From assembly GCA_964304625.1 (NCBI GenBank), contig OZ199838.1:8853904-8917903 (forward strand): a stretch of DNA of 64,000 nucleotides. The letters are read 5' to 3'. A model generated the notes under the pieces. It did no database searches. It had not been told where the DNA came from and saw only the letters and a list, made by a program, of their open reading frames with translations. The stretch is from Kudoa neothunni (taxonomy: Eukaryota > Animalia > Cnidaria). The position numbers and the translations under genes are program-made. Positions 14,022 through 28,640 of the stretch are shown here, one piece after another; the stretch's first letter is position 1; each line of letters begins with the position of its first letter.

Positions 14022-15015
14022 TCTTGTAATGGTCTTTGGGGTAAAATTTACCCATGTTTTTTTTTATTAAAAATATTTTAAAAAATCAAAACCACTTCTA
14101 ACTTAAATAAAATAAAATTCCTATGAGTAATTTTTGCAGAAAGTAAGGAAATGTTAGATAAATTAATTATATCGCATACGCGAATCATATGATGTGTGAT
14201 ACTAGTGATTTCGTTGATGAATTTTATTTTTCAGAGAATGAACATCATGTTATTGACGAAAATGTCTTCTTATCGATGTTTCTTGTTGAAAAATTGTTGG
14301 AAAAAGTTGACCATAGGGACATGTTAAAAACTAGAGATACCACCATGCCTCCAATCATCACCAAATAGAGCTCGTTGTAGCAGAATTTTTGTATTCCTTG
14401 AAAAATATAGGTTGGTATCTTATGTTCCCTATAAATCAAAATGCGTGATTTTTTTGAAGAAATCGTTGAACAATTAAACAAAACATTGTTGACAACAAAT
14501 TCCACAAACAAAACAATAAAAACAGGTCTTAGCATTGTTTATGTACACCTACAGGAACGTCTTAGTGTAAAGCGAGTAACACGTGGATGCAGTGAGAGGA
14601 AAAATGATAAAAAATTGTCGAAATGGTGCGAATATTTTTCTAAGTATTATTGTCCAATTCACGCATTTAAAAACTGTATTAACTTCTCATAACTTTCAAG
14701 AATCCTTCTTATGTTTTGTTTTAATATTTCAACTGGCGCAACACAATTAATTCCGCTGAATTAACGCAATTACTTTATTAATGAAACATCGATGTGCGCC
14801 GACATACGACGAATCGTAGACTAAGCCAATTATCGCGGGGATTACGATTACGTCGAAATTTAATATGCATTTGCCATTGTTTCATCCATATGAACTAAAA
14901 ATTATCCTACAGTATTGATTATTAGATTCTTTAAAGTGTTATAATTCAAAAAATGTGAGGTAAAATTTACCCCAAAGTCCATTACACGTTCATCGTTTTT
15001 GGGATCATTAGAGGG
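14022..15015 (+). mobile_element. piggyBac deletion derivative retaining the Cys-rich C-terminal domain
   Basis: Subterminal inverted repeat gtaatggtctttggggtaaaatttacc / ggtaaaatttaccccaaagtccattac. Ends AGGG+TTAA. ORF 14441-14692 ends in a C..C-x-C..C..H-type CRD remnant. Confidence 0.65.
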
Positions 15016-15317
15016 TTAAATTTAGCCACAAAATAAAACAAAAATTCGATATTTCAAATAAGTAACATTTTATCCCTCGATTATAATAAATTGATAGAGC
15101 TCCCCCATAAATTCGCCGAACATAAACGTGCAATATTTTGGCAAAGTTTTTATTTTTAACCTTAAAATATTAATGTCATATTTGTTATTATTTTTGAAGT
15201 TTAGAAATAATTTTATACCTTTTGATAAGAAAACAAAACATTTATAAAACCGACTACCAATTCTTGTTGGGGGAAAATTTTCCCGTAATTCATTAGAAGG
15301 TTAAAAAAGATATTTAA

Positions 15318-16955
15318 CCCTTCCGGGACTAACCGATTTGAAAAACCGTGTGTGCCCAAGCGGGGTCTTGCGAGACCCCAGTAAAAATAGAACTTAAACT
15401 TAATTAAATTACATCAAACTCGTATATTTAAAAGTAAACATAATAATGAACTAACTGATGCTACAATTATTACGTAATTTCTTGATTGTCAATAAATTTC
15501 TAAAATTTTGTGATTCGGTAGTTCATGAAGGTTACACTTAAATGAGCATATTATACTTTGACGCGTGCATATATTGTTAATGTATGCAAAATTTAATTTT
15601 CTACCAAAACTAAAGACATTATGGAATCAATGATTAGAAAGTAATGGGGCATAATATTGCATAACACTCGGCTGCCACATGGCGGTGAGGGCTGATCTTA
15701 ATATTAAGAAGTTCAGCATATCTTTTAAATTAAACAAATTTCATTATGTTTTAAGTGTACTTTTTGATTCAGAATTAAATGTTCTTTCATATCAAGGGCT
15801 ACAAATAATCGTAACCCAAATCAAATGGTATGATATCACTCAAGTTTAAAAATCCGCGTAATTAATATTTAGAGAATAACACTTCGTGAACCTACAAATT
15901 TCAAAAGTTCATTCCAGTCCATGTGATCAGGAAAACATTGAAACGTTTACGACATGCTCATGTAAATAATAAATACCACCTGATTGGTCATCACATTTCT
16001 AAATGTCATAACACATTCATCCATGCTTTCCAGGTCTGACTCAACCATGTTATGTAGGGCCGTGGACACATAGTACATCGGTGTGACACTCGGACTCAGA
16101 ACCTTGAGGTAATGAGTTCTAATCCGCCGGTGGTCAGACTACTGCTTCCGTGTCGGTGGGTGTCTATCCCATATTTGGGAGCTGTGGTTAACGTGTACGC
16201 TCGCTGTGGAGTGGGATGCACTGGCAGCCAGATTTTCGTGAAGTGGGGTGAACGTGAATAGGAGTTTGAATCTCCGGAACCCATCGAAAGGCAAAGTAAT
16301 TTGCAGTTCCCACAGAGCCAACGTCCTTAAAGGGATCGGGTTTGGGGTGGTGGTCGCCCAGAGACGAGGATGTTTAATGGATTAAAGTCCCACACTACCG
16401 CATAAAGATAAGCGACGGGTTTCATGTTACGTCCTGTGGTGCCTAAAGCGTAAATGGGAGAGGTCTGACCAACCAGAATTCCACAACCTAATAAGTTGCG
16501 CCAGGGGTTTTACAATATAAACAAAAAAAACTCAGACATGTTATATTCAGATATTTCCTCAACCTCAGAATAATCGTCAATGTAGTCTTCAACATTATTT
16601 TAATTATTTTTTGAGCACAACAAATTCAATTTATTAGGAAAAGCAACAAAACGTAGGAGAACAATCAGATTAGTTATCACTAATCTATAACGGCAATCTC
16701 CTGCGATTTTTGTCCTTATTTTCATACACATGTAATGTTTAGACGAAATATACTTTTTAATATTTCATTAAAACTAATATTTATAAAGTAAATAATTGAG
16801 GTTACGAACATTTATAATTGCCCGCAATAAATATATTGTGTTTTATTTTCAAGTTAAAGAAAACATTTTTAATATCAATGGATGCCGATTTTTAGAGTTA
16901 TAATCAAAAAGACGTATCTTGGGGTCTCGGTAGACTTTGCTTGGTCTAATAAGGG
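15318..16955. mobile_element. Non-autonomous piggyBac element hosting a SINE
   Basis: TTAA|CCCTT...AAGGG|TTAA termini. Subterminal inverted repeat ccaagcggggtcttgcgagacccca / tggggtctcggtagactttgcttgg. Confidence 0.75.
16054..16530 (+). mobile_element. tRNA-derived SINE
   Basis: GC-rich island of about 480 bp with a tRNA-like head, A box (tagtacatcgg) and B box (gagttctaatcc), an A-rich tail, and a TSD of about 15 bp (actcaaccatgttat / actcagacatgttat, 2 mismatches). Confidence 0.75.
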
Positions 16956-17747
16956 TTAATTGTGTTTTTATATCTTAGAAATTTAAAAATAATTTCCATA
17001 TTTATAAAAATATTATCTTTTGTCCTGGACGCTCGGAGTTACATTATTTTGACAATTTTCTCAATTTTCTCAGTCGGATTTAACAAATCGTTATAAACTG
17101 AAATAGTAATTGATTACTCAAAACTCGGGCGGTGATGATCCAACTTGACATAAGCACGATATTGTCCTTATTTCAGGATATGGGACAAATAAAAATATCG
17201 ATTCCATCTGTTAGATCAACAGGTGACAGTGAAAATTTTAAATCTTCACGCCTGCTATTCAAACAAATCTGACTAAATTTTCTTGGAGAAAAAAAATACA
17301 TTTTCTTTATCTCGATCTTAAACTTAACCTTATTGGCACTGTGTGACACACAAACTATATTTTATCTATTTTTTTCTAATTATTAAAATTAAAACAATCC
17401 TCTTGTTTTAGTACAAAATATTTTATAGTGTATTAAAGATCAGAAAAAGAACTTTAGCAATATAACACCCATGTTCGCGAAAAATGTGTTTTGGTTTTTT
17501 GTAAGTTATAGTCAACAACGATAAGTATAAACGTATGAAATATTAATATATATTTTTTAGAATAAAAAACGTTTCGTCAATTTTATCCAAAAATTGTAAC
17601 ATGAAACTTTGTTTTTCAGGCTCTCACAGGGTTAAAGTGTTCACTGAACCACCAAAATATATATATGATAAGATATGTTGTTATGCGTCTCTAATCTTAA
17701 TAGGTAAGAGGTTGCGTTTAATCAATCTTTTTAATGTCCAAAAAACG

Positions 17748-19595
17748 TACGTTAAATTCTAATTTTAAGGTTAATTATAAGAGCTTATTCCAACACAAGT
17801 TAAAGACTATATATTTTTATTTTCAATTTTATTCTAGGGGGAATAGGATTAATAAATTTGGCTGAAGCGTAAATACACAAGAAACTAACAGATAATAATA
17901 AATATGGTCTTTTTATAATAATGCGAAATAATGTTTTTGTTGTGTGTTAACAATGAACACGATGACCTGATTTTCTTTTAGTAAATGGTGCACATTGATT
18001 GTTTACTTGAGGAGTATCAGATGGATGGGATTCGAACGATTGAATCAATTGGTTTGAAAAACATATAAATATCAGCACAGTTAGAAACAGATAAAACTGA
18101 CATATTTTGTAGGTAATACTATTCAATAATGGACTCTCTTTTTCAGGAGAGTTCGTACCATATTTTATCAAAAAATAAACGTTAAGAATTTGCACCGGTG
18201 ATCCAAACACAAAATAGCATAGTAGCACGGCAATAACAAACTTTAAAACAACAATACAGTGGCTGGTTACTGTAAAGCCACTTCTGAATAAATTAAATGT
18301 GGGATCAGTGTTGATTTGGGTCGAAAAATTTGGTTTGTTTTTCTTTAAATAAAAGAACATTTGAATGCAACAATACAGCACCGTAGCCAAAAAAGTAGCA
18401 TTAGCAATTATTAGAATAGTAACAGCAGGTATGGTGTTTAGCCACGCAGTTACGGAACAAGTGTACATTGTATCAGTGACATTGCTGACGTTAATGTTAT
18501 CCCACGAAAGTTGGGCAGAAATCAATATCATATTCAAAACGGCAATACCAATGAAAAAATATTGCGCATTTCACATTTTTCACGTAAGTTATATAGAAGT
18601 GTGGACTCAAACATATTTCAGCATAACGTTCCGCTGTTAATAATAATACCAATGATATGCCATACATACCAAAAAATAGCATGGTTACGACTCTAACGGC
18701 ACAGTAAGATGATTTGGTCACTTCTTCGTTGAATCCAGAATAAAATAAGACGATGTAAATAGAAAATAAAGCATTATTGATAAATAACAACAAACATATT
18801 TTCGAAGTAATTGACTTCAACCGAACTCTTTTTACAAGAATGTACGCCGAAACAGATGTGCAGCAAATGTTAGCTATAGATAACAAAAGACTTATCACCA
18901 AATTTATTCCTTTGACTCTATCCATGGCCGTAACAGAGTAATTATTTTTCGATTATTGTAAAACCCTTTAATACATTGTACGTCACATAACACATCACGT
19001 CGAGGTGGATAATATTAAATAAATCAACGAGATGAATATTTGTTCTTATCGACAATTAGAAATTATCATTCTTAAGTGATGTTATGAAATAAATTAAATT
19101 TTTGTTTAGCATATAATAAATTATTTGTCAATAATTATATTTTTAGCACTATTAATAATGAGTACATTTTAATAATGTACTCATGTGTTTCAGTATTTGT
19201 TAAATCAGGTGTCGTGCTTATCCTTTGTTTTTAAAGTATTAGGGTGTGTTTAACTTAATCGTGCAAATTAAATACTTCATGTGCAGTTTTGACCAAAGTT
19301 AATTATTTATTGCTCAACTGATCGTGGTGAGGGTTCAAAAAAATTAAATTAACAGATTATATCAAATAAAGTGTGTATGTAATTTATATATAGGAGTTTT
19401 GACAATTACTTATTGAAAATGTGCAAACAAGAAATGGTATTAAAGATTAAACTTAGAGGATAAATGGTCATAACCAAATTATTAACCTCTGGTACAGTTT
19501 AAATCATCCAAATAAAAAATGTTTTTTCTTCATAATAATTAAGTTGAAACTGCAATTCTAATTAAATTTTTACAAGGTTAGTTCATCTAATTAAA
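17748..19595. repeat. Segmental duplication copy 1 (receptor plus about 200 bp downstream and 650 bp upstream); copy 2 at about 34082-35930
   Basis: Direct alignment of both flanks and the CDS with 34082-35930. Boundaries approximate. Confidence 0.9.
17947..18925 (-). pseudogene. Intronless class-A-like 7TM receptor, paralog 1, with a +1 frameshift
   Basis: ORFs 18497-18925 and 17947-18537 together align end to end with the 34284 paralog. One extra base in the A6 run at 18554-18559 breaks TM4. ERY motif and TM3/ECL2 cysteines present. Confidence 0.85.
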
Positions 19596-20396
19596 ATCGT
19601 TATATTTACTTGATGGTGTCAAATGGCAATATTTAGGCTCTGCCGATAAATATTTAGATAGATTTAAAGACTTAAGTCTACATTAAACAAAATAAACGCT
19701 ATCATTCTCATTTTTAATGACGAAACCAAAAAAGCGAATATTTGTCACGCATACAATACGAGCGTAGCGTAATATTTTCGATCAAAAAAATAGTGGAATT
19801 TTTTGTATGAGATATGTAAATGTTAGAATTGGATTTGACATAATAAGATATTTAATTGGTAATAACATTATAATTTTGTTTTCTAATTATAACGATGTGT
19901 GAAAGGAATTTTTTACATGATAATATTTTATTCATCGAGACTCATTAGAAGTGATTTTTAAAATCCGGTCGATACTTATTTAACTCATCACGACTTTTGA
20001 CTATGTTAAGAATAATTTAATGTTTTACAATTTTATCTATTATTGTGTTATCATAAATATTTTTGCATAAGAAGTTTAGTAAATATATAACTATTTATTT
20101 AACATTATGTGCCTATAATAATTATATGTTAACACGATAGAATGCAAAAAACATTATTTTATACATGCGTTTCTCTTTTACTCTTTGAACGCCTTAAATT
20201 GGACTTATACTTATATTGTATCGTGTTGAATTCTTTCTATCGCAATTCAATTCCTTGGATTTCTATATTAAGACAAAAATCTATTAAGACTGATTAAGAT
20301 GCATTTCAGGATTCCTGGAGGTTTTGTTAAATCGGGAGTGTTACGCTACGTAGTGAAATTAAAATACATCAAATATTACATCGTTAATTGCAATCA

Positions 20397-22018
20397 TCTA
20401 TATCTATATACATAATAAATTTCTTATGTCTATCTGTCTGTCCGAGTGTGTATGTGTGTGATAATTTGCAGTAGTACACATGTGCCGCGGAGAAATTTCC
20501 TTTAAATATAGCTGTAAGTTTGTATTTGAATAGATAAAACCATTAATGAAAATCGATCATTCACTTAGAAGTATAAATATAGTCAATAACACAGTCCGAA
20601 GTAAGGAATTTTCTGGTTGTCTTCACAAATAACAGATTAAAAAATACCTGAATAATATCGATATTTGTTTACCTCTGATTGATAGCCAAATAAAATGAAC
20701 TTTTACTCGCTATATAGAAAAAGAGTCACTTAATTATGGTATAGAATGTTCTAAAAATTTTACATATGTCTGTTTGGAGTACTTTTAGGACAAATAAAAC
20801 TATTAACGTTACATTTAAGAGTTGTCTTATTTCCCTTAAAATTTGAAGTATAAACAAGTTATTTGGTATGTATTTTCTCTTTTCGAGCGTTATGGATATA
20901 ATTAAGCAAAATGACTTATGATCATTTTAAATAAAACACATAATTTGAGTCTCTATATGTATCCTAATTCTTCCTTACCCCAGACCTTGGGGTTAATATT
21001 CAAATCAATATACTATTTTCTTTGGGCTCGCATTAATTCATTATGATATAAAAGCTGCATAAAAATACAGTCCTTTCTCAATGCGTGCCATGTAAGTTAA
21101 TAAGAAATTATTTGTCTATTCGATCTAACCGATATTTTCACAAAGTTTTCGTTAATTTAGGAATAGTTCAATACGAAGAAATTTGTTTAGGCGATCAAAC
21201 AGCACGTTAATTTTTAAGAGGTGCAATCCTTCAAGAAAACCAGTTGATGTTTAAGCATTACTGTAATTTTTCAAACCAAAATCACCTTTACACTTTTGAT
21301 TTAATCGTATTTTGTTAATTAAATGTGTATATTTTTGAACCAGTAAGTATTCTTGATAAAAAGCAAGGTTGGATTTATTAATAAATTGGGGAAATTTTGT
21401 TACAATAATGAATACGTAAGTTACTGCTCACAAATTATTAAAACCTCATTGACATCCTTTATAAAATTGCAAAAAGGAGTAACAATTAATATTTTTATTT
21501 CTGACACATCTTAGATTGATGTTGTTGTTTTTTTGTCGTTTGTAGACTAATAATACATTTTATAATTAGAAGGATTAATTTTTATCGTAAGATTTTGAAA
21601 ATAACTGAAAGTCCTATTTAAGTTACTTAATGATTTTGTTTCATAAATAACTGAACTTTAATCGCTAATTACATTTCTCTTAAAATTAAGGTCATAATAG
21701 TTTTGGTCAATAATTTGTAAAATAAACTTAAAATGACTCATTAATTTCTCTCCATACCTCTATTTATATTTGAATGGAAAGTGTGCGCATAATTTCGTTT
21801 ATCTAAATCATCACATTGCAAAAATAATGACAAGCTTTAAAATGCATAAATTAAAATAGAAAAATAAATTAAAAGTTAAAATTTTCCATCACACTGTACC
21901 AAGCAAAACTGGGCATTAGCGCTATTTACTTAAAAATCAAAAAGGCTATAGTTTGCGCCAGGTGTTAGCCTACTTGGCTGGCAAGGAAGCCTTCGCGAAG
22001 CGGGGGCTTTTGCGCTAG
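20397..22018 (+). mobile_element. Non-autonomous Helitron
   Basis: A|TCTATATCTATATA...tctgtctgtcc 5' end. GC-rich hairpin gccttcgcgaagcgggggc followed by CTAG|T at 22015-22019. No TSD. Confidence 0.7.
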
Positions 22019-23373
22019 TTATAACTAAATCATAATAACCATCCAGTGTTGATTTATGTTCAATCCATCCGGTAGCTTTTCGTTGCATTTTCGCATCAAA
22101 ATATTTTTGATTATATAGAAAAATATATTATAATTACGATTGTATTCCGTCATCTAAAATTCCCAAACAAAATTATTTAGGGGTAAAATATGATGGTGAC
22201 TATTTGCACCAGGGCATCCATTGCTTGGGGTTTTTTCATTTTTCTTTAAAATCTTGGGTTTTTATTGAAAACCTGTAAACATTGAACGATAACAACAAAT
22301 TTTGTTATGTGCGACATTAATATTTATATTTTTAATAACGTATCCTACTCAGATTATATCGTGTAGGGTGTAAACATTTACGATATTGAACGACAGCACA
22401 ATAGATTGTTTAACGTGGCACGATTGCACAATTGTTCAATTAACATTGTCGCACGTTATTAGAAAATTTAACGCTATTTCAATATACATCTTGAACTATG
22501 AATTAATTAATTCATTGTGAGCATATTGATCTATAATAGACATTAAGTTTGGATGAGTGTTAGCGCCAATAAATTGCAATAATACGATGATAAATTTAAA
22601 TTTAGTATCTGTAGACGTATTTGAAGACTCCGAAGATGATTAAAAATTTTAATAGATATGATTCTATTTTTTGTTGTACTTTAGACTAGCGTTTTTCTCG
22701 ACTTGGGGTTTTTTCTAAAATCCCGCTGGCAGCCTTGATGTGTGCCAGGCACGTGCCGTCAGGGTACGCGAGTTAGGCAATGTCTACCTTGTTGAATAAA
22801 ATTTGGGAAAAAATTAATTAATTTTTTAAAGATAAAATTCCTTTATCTCAAAACTACAATAATTATTTAAATATTCTTACAAAACTAGAAAAAAATTCGA
22901 GGTATTAGTAACAAGATAGGCACCAGTCGACTCTGCCTTCTAATCGCTATATGAATTTCACGTAAAATTTCGTGACTGGCACGTGTCGTATCATTATCAT
23001 TCTGCGCATCATTATGATTTTAATGGCCGACCGTAGGCAGCATAAATTCTGCCAACGATCTAGCCACGTGATCTGCTTTAATATTCCTGTTGTGCGTGCT
23101 CTTTTATTCAAATAAATTATGTTTCTTCAATTCTTTCTCAATTTTAATTAAAGGACATCTTTGAAATAAGATAATCTATATGACAACTATACTGGGAATA
23201 TCACCCAAAGTTAATACTAATTTTGTCCTACTTGTCATAAGGGCGCGCACCCCCTGCTAATCTTACTTCATCTCTTCAAATGTGGATATCGGATATCTTA
23301 AAGAGTTTTCAGAACTTTCTTATGAAGATAAATTACAAATTATAAGTAATGGTAGGCCGACTCCTGATCTTAA

Positions 23374-25769
23374 CCCTTTCGTTCCCAAATTTTGTTTTTT
23401 ACATGAAATTTTTGTTGTGTAAAATTAATAATAAAATTATATATAATGTAAAATTTAAACTTTAAACAAAAATTATTTAACGACAAATTTAAAGCTCTTT
23501 TTAATCTGTCCACTAAGATGGACAATGGGTATTTATTTGCCTCGGCATATTCGCGCATTGGTTCCGCGCAAAAAAAGAAAACATAAAATTAAATTTTTAA
23601 AATATTTTTTACAGCATATTATGAAAGTTATAGAAACAATTCCTTTCTTTCTTAAGACAACAAAAATGAATGGCATTTCATACATTTAAATTTGGTCTTT
23701 TTTTGACAAACCCTACATCTTGAATGTGTTGTCATTATTTCAGGAAAATGTCCAACCATGTCCAGACAGATTTCATCACTCAATGGATTAGACCTCATTC
23801 TTTTTTTATCGACGTTGGCGTAATTTTTTCCGCTATCAGTTTGATTAAGTGAGGTCTACCATGTTTTGATTGAGTAGTCATTGCTTGATGGTAGATAAGA
23901 CTTTCACTAACTTTTAAAGAAAAATCCAACGAATCCATTACTTCATTCTTATCGGTGCGTCTCACGGAACCAATTTCGTTTGTAAAGTAGCCAAGCGTTA
24001 ACCATGCATGTGTTTAGAGCCCCAAAAAAGATTCTAAAATAATACTTTCTGCACTTATGTTTCATAACATAAAGTGTCATGAGCATATCGGATAGGTCAA
24101 CCCCGCCCATATCTTGGTTATATTCCTTAACTACAGCTGGACAAGAAATTTCCACCATTTTTTTCTTAGACCTATCGAATCTTTTTGACATTGAGACTGG
24201 CTCAATCGAGGAATGAGTAGATGAAAGGGTGACAACTGATCCATCAAACCATCTTGTTATGGACATTCCATTACCAGAGTCATGAGCAGAATCATACGAG
24301 CCACGTCCTTCTTTTTTTAAATCTTTGTCACTACTCAACGGACAACCCTTAACTCTGTTAATACGTATCGTACCAACAGAATAGATATTTCTTCGTTTTA
24401 AGAAGATTTGGAGCGGGGTAGATGTAAATCAGTTGTCGAAATAAGTGAAATATGGTTTGCTCAGCGGTAGACTTTCGCACAGCTTTATGACAAAATCGCC
24501 GGATACAAGACCACAGCTTTTGGTGACGGCGGGTTTTCGTCCATCGTAAAGATGAAAATCGTAAACCAAACCACTAACACCACATCTCGCAAACATTTTA
24601 AACCCCCATTTCGTTGGTTTATTGGGGACGTATTGCTTGGCCTTACATTTGCCTTTAAACGGGATAATCTGTTCATCAGTTGAATGGTTTCTTTCGGGCT
24701 CAATCTTTAGAAACGATGCTCTAACAAAATCTAACAAAGGTCTAATTTTAGCGAATTTGTCGTATTTGGGCGAATTAGGATCCGTGATAATTTTAGAGTT
24801 ATCCGCGAAGTGCAAGTATTTATATATTTGCTCAAAACGGTTCCTTGAGAAAGCCTCAGAAACGAGGGGATAGTTCACAAGTTTCGACCAATAACATCGA
24901 TACCTCGGCATTCTTACTATCCCCATAATAATCAAAATCCCCAGATATTTTTTTGTTTTCTTAATATCAGTTTTGAAATTGGAATTTTGTTGAGTAGCGT
25001 ACAGATTTGATTCATATGCAATATTCGATATCAACTCATCCGTGAAGAAAAATTTGAAATACTCAATGGGCAATATGAGGTCTTGCAAGTCGCTAAAAAT
25101 TGTCTCATTGATTTCTAAATTTTCAGCTGGATTTGGAACGTTCTGTTTCTTTTCCCACTTAAAATTTAAAATTTGATCATCATCAGAATCAGAATCACTG
25201 GAATCTTGATATGTTTCATCACCAATTCTGCCACTTAATTTTGAATGATAGGAAAGTCCAACTTATCTACCATCACATCTGGTTCTGAATTATCCGCATC
25301 TGGAAATACAATTACTTCTGTGATGGGTTTTCCATTTTCTTTCTGACTAAAAACAACATCGTGATCCATTGGAATATACTATCGGAAGTCGTCAAAGCCC
25401 CAATGTCCACTATAATACCCACGTGGAGATTTGTGTGTTTTTTGGTATATTTAAATCACAAATTAATTAAATTTCATTTTCCACAATATTCGATTCATTT
25501 TTTACAATATTAAATTTTTTTCAGTAACATTATATGATTTATTGATACTTATTTTTCCAAATGTTTTAGATTATTTAAGCGTTATAAAAAAGGGTTGTAT
25601 CACAAATAAAAATGACCATAAAGCATTTATTAATATGCTATCTCATTTAATATATAGAGTAACAACTTATGTTTAATATATTCATAAATTACCTTTTAAT
25701 AATTAATGTGCATAAATATATAAACGGATTAATTTTTGTCCACTAAAGTAGACAACGGGAACGAAAGGG
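23374..25769 (-). mobile_element. piggyBac element (PGBD2/3-like transposase, decayed)
   Basis: Perfect 13-bp TIR ccctttcgttccc / gggaacgaaaggg with TTAA TSD. Motifs STDEQIIPFKG, KWGFK, YFDN and YNQDMGGVDLSD, plus CRD. Confidence 0.93.
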
Positions 25770-26418
25770 TTAAAGAACTGATACAACTGGAAGGGAAGAC
25801 AATTATCAGGACGTTTAATACTTCGTGGTATGAGAAAAAAGAGTGGTTATGTGGGTGTGCTACAACAATAAGGCTTTTTTGCTTCCCACGTTTGCCTTTC
25901 TTAGTGACTAGTGAAAGTGTGTGGATCAAAGAAGGATATTTCGACTTGAATAATTTGCCAATCGCTTTAAATAAACATGAACGATCCGCAGCACACCATC
26001 TAAGTCAAGTTTCATGGAAAACATTTGGATGTGTACGAGTAGATTTTCTCCTTGATAAACAGAAAAATGTTAAGGATAACCTAGAGATATTGAAAACATT
26101 GATCCGTGCAGTTTGCTTTTTGATCAAACAAGAACTTGCTTTTCACGGTGATCATGAGCACAAACTGTCTTTAAATCGTAGTAATTATTTGGAGTTGTTG
26201 AATTATACCTCAAAATTCGACGAAAAATTATCATATCATTTACAGAATTCATCGTTTTTCTCTGGTATTTCCAACAGGATTCAAAATGATCGGATTGAGG
26301 CTAAAGGTGGTTTTGGAGAATAATATTAAGGACGAATTAACGTAGGCTCCGTTCGTTGCGATAAAAATGGATGAGACGACCGATATCTCATGAATGTCTC
26401 AATGTTCGACAATATTAT

Positions 26419-28640
26419 CCTTCTAAGTAGCTGCAAATTTTACACTCTCCAAATAAAAATGGGGTAGAAATCTACCCCAGATCTTTTTTATAAAATTTTA
26501 CCAAATATTGTGTGACATTTATTGAGTAAGTTTTAGTTAATTCCACCGATTCAATTTTGAGTAAATGATGAAACATTCTGATTTTGCAATGCGCATACGG
26601 ATTATACATTGATTGGAATAAAAAGTGTTTAATTCTACAAAATACTTAGTATCAACGACCTCCATCACTTTTTATTTAGTGAAATATCCTTAAGCGCAAA
26701 AAACGAAAATAAACAAATTAATCTATTTCTTAAAACAATTATTACAGATAGTTTTTGAATGCTCTCTACAGCATGAATTTAAACAAATTGAACATTTTAT
26801 CGGAGTTTTCCTATCATTTTTTCTCTTACATAACTCACATCTTCGGATAGAGCTATTCCAGTTATCATTCAAAAGATTATTACGCGGAATAATTGTTGGG
26901 TGGGATTCTTGCTTCCTTCTTGCGATCAGTTTTTTTGCCAGTTCATGAGCCATCATTTTCAAAAATTCCCTCCTATTGAGTTGGGACATATACAATTCCT
27001 TATAAATAGAGAGTGCATTTATTAGGGATATATCTATCTATCATATTTAAAAACACGATTAGAGGCCAACGACGAGTAAATTTTTTAACACGGACAGATG
27101 ACAGTAGTCTAGAGATTGTATCCACCCCTCCTTTGACTCGATTATAATGTAGAATAATCTCAGGCTTGAAAGGTTCTTCCGGCGAGATTTGGGTGTTCGA
27201 TGAGGACGTGCAAAGAACATATTCGGGTTAATTTTGTTGGAGGAAAATATCTAAGTATCATTTTTCCCCATTGAATACGAAGAGTGTAGAATTAATAGGG
27301 GAATTTTTTTGAGGATGTAAATAAGGCGGGATATCCCTCTTTTTCGCGCGGATTGTACCAATCATGGTCAGTTTCATCGTCAATAATTCCTCTGCCAATT
27401 CAACTGAAGTAAAGAAGTTGTCACAGACTAGATTTCTACCGGATCCTTGGAGTGGGTCTATTAACTTCAGTACGATGTTCTTCCCGACATTTATCGCCCT
27501 GCTAGCATTATTTTGTCTCCCCAAATAAACATCAATGTTGTACACGTATGTAGATTTTGGATCAACCACCAGAAAAAACTTTATGCCATACTTAGCAGGT
27601 TTGCTAGGCATGTATTGCTTGAAGGGACAACGTCCCCTAAATGAGACTAACTGCTCATCCACACACATCTTCGAAAGGACGGAAACAACGAGGTAATAAA
27701 TCAACCCAATGCGCCCAAAGCTCACGTATGTGACAAAATTTGTCATCTTTTATTCTATCGTCTCTATTATCCTTGTCGTCAAAATGAAGGGATCTGGTAA
27801 TTTGCCTAAATCTATTTAACGAAAAGAGATCTCGGTAAATTTTTCTCCCTTCATCTACTCCAAATAATTCTGAAATTGGTTCTTCGCGGTCTTTGTGGAT
27901 TGCCATCAATAGCATTCATCCAATGAAACCATCCAATTCTACATTATCTAATATCCTCCAGTTACCACCAAATTAACTTTCTCCAAATTTGTTCGTAAAT
28001 TTCAAAATAATTTCATACATTGTCTGAATGTATCAATCATTTCGTTTACATTGTTAGATGCGAAGGGATAAACACCAGGTCGATTATTCATGATATTCTC
28101 GGCTCCCATTCTAGAGGACATAGGTTTCTCATCGGTCCACAAAGTTCCATTCTTATCAAATAATGATCCACATGACACGTTATCACTGATATCCGAGACA
28201 TCCGAAAAAGATTCATTATAACTTGAGTAATCAACGTCAGACTCATCAAAATCGGAGAAACTATCACTATACTCAGGAGAAGAAGACATCTACTATTTCA
28301 GCGCGTGCGTACATATAACGTAACAATAGTATTTTGTTGTTTATTCAAAATCTGATCGGTAGAATTTTCTAAAATTCTCCAAATAAATATAATTCAATAT
28401 TTATAAAATTTTTATCAACAAAAATCTGGGGTAGATTTTTACCTCATTTTTATTTGGAAAGTGTTTTATCATTAATTTTTTTTATATAAAACCGAAAAAC
28501 AATTTTCCACCATTTTATGGTAGCTATTGAGAACATAGTAGATTAAAACAATTTATAAAGTGGTATGTTCTATTTTCATGCCAGAATATTGATATGAAGT
28601 TTCTCCTGGGGTAGATATCTATCCCGTTTTACCCGGAGGG
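26419..28640 (-). mobile_element. piggyBac element (PGBD4-like transposase, decayed)
   Basis: GGG|TTAA right end and degenerate TTAT|CC left end. Subterminal ggggtagaaatctacccc palindromes. Motifs VDEQLVSFRGRC and CDNFFTS, plus CRD at 26723-26850. Excision rejoins hAT SQCSTIL|RYV. Confidence 0.9.

Noticed and set aside
16054-16140. Functional tRNA gene
   Set aside because: The B box is mutated, there is no clean acceptor stem, and it runs into a 400-nt body with an A tail and TSD, so it is a SINE head.
22209-22737. P/Harbinger-like MITE (cagggcatcca...tggcagccttg)
   Set aside because: The TIR is too degenerate and no TSD was found.
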